Positions 12,252 to 19,393 of a DNA stretch of 19,393 nt are shown in pieces. Each line of letters opens with the position of its first letter. The stretch's first letter is position 1. The stretch is from Ginkgo biloba. Its lineage: Eukaryota; Plantae; Ginkgophyta. The position numbers and the translations under genes were made by a program. The notes below the pieces were generated by a model. That model ran no database searches. It was not told the DNA's origin and saw only the letters and a program-made list of their open reading frames with translations. Where the stretch lies: contig JANKJI020000002.1 in the NCBI GenBank assembly GCA_024626585.2, positions 166,514,320 through 166,533,712 on the forward strand, given 5' to 3'.

Positions 12252-12262
12252 CTCTGATACCA
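12252..12262 (-). promoter_or_regulatory. tRNA-iMet primer-binding site
   Basis: The minus strand reads tggtatcagag, 2 nt from the LTR end. Confidence 0.9.
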
Positions 12263-12264
12263 CT

Positions 12265-12649
12265 TATTGTGACCCAAATGGGGTATAGCTAGATAATATG
12301 AATAATTTAAAAAATTTATAGTAAAATTAATTTTAATTAGATAATATCAAACATTACATATTAAATGGGTGTGGGGAACCTGCAACCAAAATATCACTGA
12401 GCTGGGAGCACCTGCTACCCAGATGTAGAAAAGACCGTCTCAAAGAGAGAAGTAGAAATATTCAATATTTAATATGAGATGATTCTTACAAATGGTTGAG
12501 TTTCCTACATATAGATTACCAAAGCTTAATGGGTACCTTTGAGGAGGTTCCTCTTCATCTAGTGACCTTTCACTAATTATCTATTAAATAATAATGAATA
12601 GTAATATAAGTCATCATAGTACTAACTAATACTAGTTAGGGTCATAACA
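12265..12649 (-). mobile_element. 5' LTR (385 bp) of the ZZ-bearing element
   Basis: Terminal inverted repeats tattgtgaccc (12265-12275, decayed tgttgtgaccc) and gggtcataaca (12639-12649). Abuts the PBS. TATA-like ctatatgta on the minus strand at ~12506-12514. Confidence 0.85.
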
Positions 12650-12888
12650 ATATCTTTGAAGATGAAATCATTTCAGAAAAATATTTAATCAAGATAATAG
12701 AATGGAAATCAAAGGGAAGAGGACAAATGGAAAAATAATAATAATTCATGGAATCGAAGAATGAATTATGAGATAAAGTCTTATCAAAATTGACAATATG
12801 AAAATAAATGGAATCAAAGAAGAAGTTATTGTGAATCGACACTAATAAGGATCATGTGTGGATGGATGGATGATCAAGCATGGAGGAA

Positions 12889-12988
12889 NNNNNNNNNNNN
12901 NNNNNNNNNNNNNNNNNNNNNNNNNNNNNNNNNNNNNNNNNNNNNNNNNNNNNNNNNNNNNNNNNNNNNNNNNNNNNNNNNNNNNNNN
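12889..12988. other. Assembly gap (exactly 100 N)
   Basis: Run of 100 N. Confidence 0.99.
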
Positions 12989-13014
12989 AATAGGTTCCTT
13001 TAGTGGTAGAATAG

Positions 13015-14111
13015 ACATCCCATGGATTTCCTAGCAACTTAAGTAAAGGAACACCTTAATATTTTCTTAGCAAGATCCTTGCATCTTGCATGAAAAGGTG
13101 CTCCCTTACTCACTAAGGGAGGAAAAAGGTTCTTGGAACATAAAATAAGAAAGGCAATCCTTAGGCACTCTTTCATCCTAGATGAAAAGGCACTTCCTTA
13201 CTCACTAAGTGAGAAAAAAGGATCCAAGAACATAAAGGAAGGAAGGAAAGCCTCAAGTAATCGCTTGTCCTAGATGAAAAGGTGATCCCTTACTCACTAA
13301 GGGAGAAAAAATGATCTAGGAACATAAAGGAAGGAAGGAAGTCCTTAGATACTCTCCCATCCTAGATGAAAAGGCACTCCCCTACTCACTAAGGGATAAA
13401 AAAGGATCTAAGAACATAAAAGAACGAAGGAAAGAATTAGGCACTCACTCATCCTAGATGAAAAGGTGCTCCCTTAGTCACTAAGGGAGGAAAAAGGGTA
13501 TAGAAATACAAATGAAGGAAGGTGGACCCCAGGAACTCACTCATCTTGGATGAAGAGGCACTAACTTACTCACTACATGAGGAAAAAGGCACCCAAGAAG
13601 TAAAAAATTTAGGAATGTAATAAATTCCATGAACCTAAAAATATAATTTACAGTGGTGTAATAAGGAAGAAGTAATAATGATACTTTTACTAAGTGAGGA
13701 AGTCTCCCAAGAGGGAACACATTAAGTAATGGGATAAACTTTACAAACTTGAAAAGATATTACAATATGATATAATAAAGAAAGTCCATATCTTGGATGG
13801 AAAATCATATCCTTGATTAATAAGGGAATTAAAACATACATGAAGATTAAATTAGAGAAGAAAGAACCCAACTGCATATGTATCCTAGATGGAAAATCAT
13901 GTCCTTGATTGATAAAGGAAACAAAGTTTTTAGGAAGTTTAAATAAGAGAAGGCGAGACCCAACTATGTTCATGCCCTAGGTAATAAATCACATCCTTAT
14001 TCAATAAGGGAGGCAAAGGACTTAGGAAGTAAATATGGGTCTGAGGAGAAATACAACCTAGCTATGATAGTGTTCTTGGCTAACCTAGGAAAGAAAAAAA
14101 ATACCCAAGAA
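13015..14111. repeat. ~1.1 kb higher-order repeat, copy 1 (six ~92-bp monomers plus three diverged ones)
   Basis: Monomer catcctagatgaaaagg...tcccttactcactaaggga... at ~13082, 13175, 13267, 13358, 13450 and 13543. Diverged monomers at ~13790, 13882 and 13972. Confidence 0.93.
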
Positions 14112-14211
14112 NNNNNNNNNNNNNNNNNNNNNNNNNNNNNNNNNNNNNNNNNNNNNNNNNNNNNNNNNNNNNNNNNNNNNNNNNNNNNNNNNNNNNNNNN
14201 NNNNNNNNNNN
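14112..14211. other. Assembly gap (exactly 100 N)
   Basis: Run of 100 N between the two 1.1 kb copies. Confidence 0.99.
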
Positions 14212-15305
14212 ACATCCCATGGATTTCCTAGCAACTTAAGTAAAGGAACACCTTAATATTTTCTTAACAACATCCTTGCATCCTACATGAAAATTTTCTC
14301 CCTTACTCACTAAGGGAGGAAAAAGGATCTAGGAACATAAATTAAGGAAGGCAAGCTTTAGGTACTCTCTCATCCTAGATGAAAAGGCACTCCCTTACTC
14401 ATTAAATGAGAAAAAAGGATCCAAGAACATAAAGGAAGGAAGGAAAGCCTCAGTTAATCACTCATCCTAGATGAAAAGGAAATCCCTTACTCACTAAGGG
14501 AGGAAAAATGATCTAGGAACAGAAAGGAAGGAAGGAAGTGCCTAGATACTCTCTCATCCTAGATGAAAGGGAACTCCCTTACTCACTAAGGGAGGAAAAA
14601 GGATCGAAGAAAATGAAGGAAGGAAGGAAAGCATTAGGAACTCACTCATCCTAGATGAAAAGGTTCTCCCTTACTCACTAAGGGAGGAAAAGGGATATAT
14701 AAATATAAATGAATGAAGGTGGAACCCAGGCCCTCACTCATCTTGGATGAAAAGGAACTAACTTACTCACTATATGAAAAAAAAGGCACCTAGTAAGTAA
14801 AAAAATTAGGAATGTAATAAAGTCTATGAACCTAAAAATATAATTTATGGTGGTGTAATAAGGAAGAAGTAATAATGATACTTTTACTGAGTGAGGAAGT
14901 TGCCCAAGAGGGAACACATTAAGTAATGGGATAAACTTTACAAACTTGAAAATATATTACAATATGATATAATTATGAAAGTCCATATCTTGGATGGAAA
15001 ATCATATCCTTGATCAATAATGGAATCAAAGCATACAAGAATATTAAATTAGAGAAAGGACACAACTTCATATGTATCCTAGATGGAAAATCTTGTCCTT
15101 GATTAATAAAGGAAGTAAATTTCTTAGGAAGTTTAAATTAGAGAAGGCAAGACCCAACTATGCTCATGCACATGGTAATAAAGAACATCCTTATTCAATA
15201 AGGGAAGCAAAGGACTTAGGAAGTAAATATGGGTCCGAGGAGAAATACAACCTAGCTATGATAGTGTTATTGGCTAACCTAGGAAAGAAAAAAAATACCT
15301 AGGAA
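14212..15305. repeat. ~1.1 kb higher-order repeat, copy 2
   Basis: Starts acatcccatggatttcctagcaacttaag, as at 13015, and is colinear to ...aacctaggaaagaaaaaaaatacc. Monomers at ~14279, 14371, 14464, 14556, 14647 and 14739. About 90% identical to copy 1 by eye. Confidence 0.93.
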
Positions 15306-15990
15306 GAAAAGGCAGGGCCCAAGAGGAATACATCATAGTTGTAATAGTATTCCCAGTTAACTTAAGAAGGAATAAGGGCTTAGGAAGGAAAGGTGGTCCC
15401 TAGGAGGAATATGTCTTGGCCATGATAGATTCCTGGAGTGATAAGGGATAAAAAGGAAATCCAATAAGATCAAAAGGCACCTTGATCCTGGCATTTTTTA
15501 GGCATGATAAGGATGAACACTATTTTATTTTTTTTATGCGAGTTGGATGGTTGCAAAAAATGATTCAAATTCCTTTCATAGTGGAGCAGTTAAAAGAGGC
15601 ATTCATTCACATAAATAAGGTTGTAAGAGTTTATTATAGTAGTAAGAGTGTATGAGAGAGTTTGTTGAGGAGAAAAGAGCTTCACATTAATGTTGGCCTA
15701 TAAATTATGTGCAAATCCCTATGAGTTACATCTTGAGACAGATGCATAGGCATATGAATCTATGATCTCTTATTGAGTGAAATTTTTAATGATACTTTGG
15801 TTTTTTATTCCCTATGAGTTTTCCTCTAGTTAAAAATATTTTTATCTCTATCTAAATAGTTATATGTGGGTTCCAATTTATTTCTTCTTGAGTTATTTAG
15901 AATGCATAATTTAGACATAGAAATTAAATTAAGAAATAAGAATTTGTAGTTATTTACATTAGGATATTTTGACTCACCCATTAAGATACA
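15306..15990 (+). mobile_element. Possible 3' part (TATA/R/U5) of a large LTR whose U3 carries the tandem arrays
   Basis: TATA-like cataaataagg (~15610), GA-rich tract, ggttttttattccc...gttttcctc...aaaaat motif (~15800-15837) and ctcaccc...aca end (~15973-15990). This is a gestalt match only; no PBS or second copy was seen. Confidence 0.3.
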
Positions 15991-16291
15991 AATTATTTGT
16001 GCAAATATATCAATGACATGCGAGATATAAAGCCAAAAGATAAAATCTAATACTAGGTGTAGAATAAAAGTTAAGATGATGTAATCATGTAGAATAAACT
16101 TAATATATAAATTAAAATACATATTCCTTAAGGTAAATATATTAAGGATAATATGTCAAAATATAAAAAGAGGATATTACATGAAAAATATATGAGAAAT
16201 GCCATGAAAAATAGATGGCCATGAAAAATTGTTGACATGGTGCTTCACGAGGCATATCCATTTAATTCAAATGATAATTCTTCTCATCAAT

Positions 16292-16324
16292 AACAAACAC
16301 ACAAACACACACACACACACACAT
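16292..16324. repeat. (CA)n microsatellite abutting a gap
   Basis: acaaacacacaaacacacacacacacacat. Confidence 0.9.
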
Positions 16325-16424
16325 NNNNNNNNNNNNNNNNNNNNNNNNNNNNNNNNNNNNNNNNNNNNNNNNNNNNNNNNNNNNNNNNNNNNNNNNNNNN
16401 NNNNNNNNNNNNNNNNNNNNNNNN
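16325..16424. other. Assembly gap (exactly 100 N)
   Basis: Run of 100 N. Confidence 0.99.
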
Positions 16425-19103
16425 TATCATATTCCACTATGAATATTTTGGTAAAGTTTAGAGTTTCCAAGACTTGGGTAGGGATCATAGCCAATTTTTA
16501 TTTTTCAAATGCTTAGATTGCCTCTTCATTCCAACTAAATGTATCCTTCTTTAATAGCTCAATTAAGGGGGAAGTATTATAACTATAACCTTTTAAATTA
16601 TTTCCTATAGTATCTAGTTAGTCCCAAGAATCCTCTTATGCCCTTAATATTTTTGGGGGTAGGCCAAGCTAGAATGGCCTAAATATTTTGTAGGTCCAAC
16701 TTCACCCATTCTCCGCATATAATATTCCCCAGGTATTCTCCTTACTTCTTACCAAAGTCACACTTATACCTATTCACATAAATCCAATTATCTTCCATAA
16801 TCTAGAGAACCTTTTTTACATGGGTAATGTGGTCCTCCCAATTTTAATTATAAATTAGTATATTATCAAAAAATACAAGTATAAAATTCCTCAAATCTGG
16901 TTTGCAAATATTTTCTACAAGGCATTGGAAGGTGGATGGGGAATTAGTTAAGCCAAATGGACATAACTAAGAACTCATAGTAACCTTCATGTCTTTATAT
17001 TTAATTTTCTCAATATCTTCCACCCTTATTTGAATTCAATGATACCTTGATCATAGTTCTATCCAAATGAAGCAAATTACTCAATTTATTTCATTTAATA
17101 ACTTATCTATCACGAAAATGGAGAATTTATCCTTGAATTTTATCTTGTTAAATTCTTAATAATAAGAACACATTGAAAAGGACCTATTTTTTTTCCTTAC
17201 TAGAATTACTAGGGAAAAGAAGGACCTCTTTCTTTGTTTAATAGAATCTACTTCCAATAGATCTTGTACCAACATTTCTATCTTACTCTTCTATTATAGG
17301 GACATAATTAAGGCCTATAATTTGGAATATTACTTCCAAACATTAATTGAATATCATGGTCATTCTCCCTTTTAAGGGGAAGTGCTTTGGGTAAATTCTT
17401 AAATACCCTATTGTGTTGAATAAGGAATTCCTATAACTTTGGTGCAACAACCACTTATTCTTCATATCCTTCAATGGCATAACATCTCACAAAGAGGCCA
17501 CTGGCACATTTATTTATCATTTTTTCTATTTTGTAGGAGCTAATCACTTGAGTAGGAGGTGACATAAACCCCTATAACTAATACTTCCTTTCATCTATTT
17601 TAAACCTAATAAAGAGATCCTTTAGGTTCATTCAAAATGTCCCTAGCATTTTAAGCCATTATACACTAAGTACCACATCAACCCTTCCAATAGGAATGAC
17701 ATACATGGTCATGGATAAATTATATTATCTAATATGTAATTTAATGTTATGATATTTCCATCCATAAGATATGTACCCCCAATTGGCGATCATTGCATGG
17801 AAAGTTCTTACCAGGAAATGAAAATAATTTAATTATTCAACCAATCTCTTATCAATTAATCTACGTGTTCTTCTAAAGTCAATCAACACCATGATATTTT
17901 ATTTTTGTATATATCCCTCTATTTTAAGAGTCTATGGTGTGGTAATCCCATCCATTTCATGCATAGAAATTATGGCCAGTTATTCTTCTTCTTCCATTGG
18001 ATGATTCCCGTAGGATTCATTATCATTAGTTGCTTCCCCTTCTTCTTCCTAGTTATCCTCTATAATAAATAGTTCTTTTTTAGACAATGTATGACCCTTA
18101 TAACATTTATTATTACACTTAAAGCAAAGTCCTTTAGCATTTTTCTCTTCTAATTCTTGAGTTATGATTCTTCATGCTTAGATGGCTAGTGAGTCCCATG
18201 AATTTCCTCCTTCCATTATGATTGTAGTTACTATGGTACTTATAGTGGATCTATTTTTTACCTCAATTTTCTTGGCCATTATGATAACAATGGATATATC
18301 TTTAGGGTTTAAGAGTTAAAGATCATGTCAAATTTCTTCCTTTAATCCTATAATGTACAAATATAGAAATTTATCCTCACTTAGCTCATCTACTCTAGTG
18401 TCCATCTTCTGGTGTTGCAATTTATAGTCTATTACAAAGTCTATTTTCCTCACCTTTAGTAGCTAACTAAAATTTTCTACTTCCCAAATATTATCATATT
18501 AGGTTGTGGCCTCCTATAAAAACTTATCCCATTTATATATCAATTTCCTACCCACCTTTTATTCATCCACTCATACAATTGAAATGGTTTAGTTTTCATA
18601 TGTAAGGAATCTAATCCAATCATTTTTTTTACCAGTACCTAATGGATACTAAACTACTAGTCCATTTGGATGATCTAGGTCCTTATGTTGATTCCATCAA
18701 ACTTCTATATTTCTAACTTGGAAGGTATTTTCTTTTAACCCCCTTCAATTATTAATTCTCCTCATGACTACTTTCCTCCTTAGTTTATTCTATTTTTTTT
18801 ATTATTATACTCTCCATCCTCCTCATGTACTCCTTTAAGGATTATTCTACCCTTCCCAATCTTATATCCATCTCATATCTTATTGTATTGACAAAATCAT
18901 TTAGCTCCTTAGACTAGTTTGGATTGATATTTAGTGCCAACCCATTAATGAAATTAGATCTCAAATCTATTTTTAAAGAATTTGGAAATGTAAAGAACAA
19001 TATCACACACATTTAGTGCTATGAAGAGTGAGATGGGATGCACAGGAAGAATTCTATAGTGTTGATACTATATCATCTCACTTGCCACAAATGGCTTGGC
19101 AAT
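16425..19103 (-). mobile_element. Decayed Ty3/gypsy gag-protease-RT, copy B
   Basis: Knuckle AKGLCFKCNNKCYKGH (~18090-18138), protease MVLIDFRRTR (~17862-17891) and MYVIPIGRVDVVLSV*WL. RT motifs GYYEFLVM (~16962-16985), [17 protein letters not shown] (~16850-16886; decayed FFDD), and GFLGLTRYY.KL (~16598-16633). Confidence 0.93.
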
Positions 19104-19393
19104 TATTGGACAGGTATCCGACATGGTCGGTCAAGGCTTTGCCGACACCAATGAAGGTTCACTGATGATCTTGGATCCACCGACGAGGGATAGGCACCGA
19201 CAGAAGCCAGGATCACTGACGGCATCGATTTGGTAAAGGATAACTTCTCGCCGACAGATGAGTGACTATTATAACTTCCGCAGCAGTTACATAACTATCT
19301 GCCTATTGTATATATTTGTAGGAAATTGTACATAGAGGGAGACTTATCTAGCGAATGTAAGTAGTAATGATGCTATGTAATGATCTCAAGTGT
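19104..19393 (+). mobile_element. 5' end of a younger, CpG-rich putative LTR inserted in the leader of copy B
   Basis: Homology to copy A stops abruptly after gcaat (19103). The new sequence begins tattggaca (decayed tgttgg). It has 12 CpGs in 290 bp against near absence elsewhere, and a TATA-like tatatat at 19309-19315. Confidence 0.65.

Noticed and set aside
12252-12262. Endogenous caulimovirid origin (these also use tggtatcagag)
   Set aside because: The PBS abuts a segment with LTR-type inverted termini, and no movement-protein or caulimovirid capsid motif was recognised. Not fully excluded without a profile search.
13082-14800. CRISPR-like array (palindromic repeats at regular spacing)
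   Set aside because: The intervening sequences are copies of one another rather than unique spacers. There are no cas genes and the context is eukaryotic retroelement DNA.
13722-16516. Short track ORFs (13722..13973, 13997..14215, 15072..15302, 15826..16122, 16229..16516, 16267..16494)
   Set aside because: They lie in tandem repeats, AT-rich sequence or N-gaps, have no recognisable motifs, and are not kept open in the duplicate copy.

Overview
This is AT-rich, strongly CpG-depleted eukaryotic DNA, most likely heterochromatin from a large plant genome (gymnosperm-like by inference from the element families). Five 100-N placeholder gaps split it into six contigs. No intact protein-coding gene was found. 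The window is a stack of decayed retroelements: (1) a minus-strand chromovirus-type Ty3/gypsy lacking RT/RNase H (~560-2650); (2) a plus-strand Athila/Tat-like Ty3/gypsy (~3080-6897) abutting (3) a minus-strand L1-type LINE RT fragment (6898-7771); (4) two copies of one decayed gypsy gag-protease segment (7872-9276 and 17698-19103), the second continuing into RT; (5) a gypsy integrase fragment (9640-10323); (6) a duplicated ~1.1 kb unit built from ~92-bp palindrome-bearing repeats (13015-15300); and (7) a young, CpG-rich putative LTR start carrying clustered DRE/CRT motifs (19104-end). The standout is a 385-bp LTR plus tRNA-Met PBS (12252-12649, minus strand). It is followed 33 nt later by a ~600-codon decayed ORF that starts with two tandem plant-NBR1-type ZZ zinc fingers instead of a recognisable Gag, suggesting a retroelement captured and duplicated a host autophagy-receptor domain.
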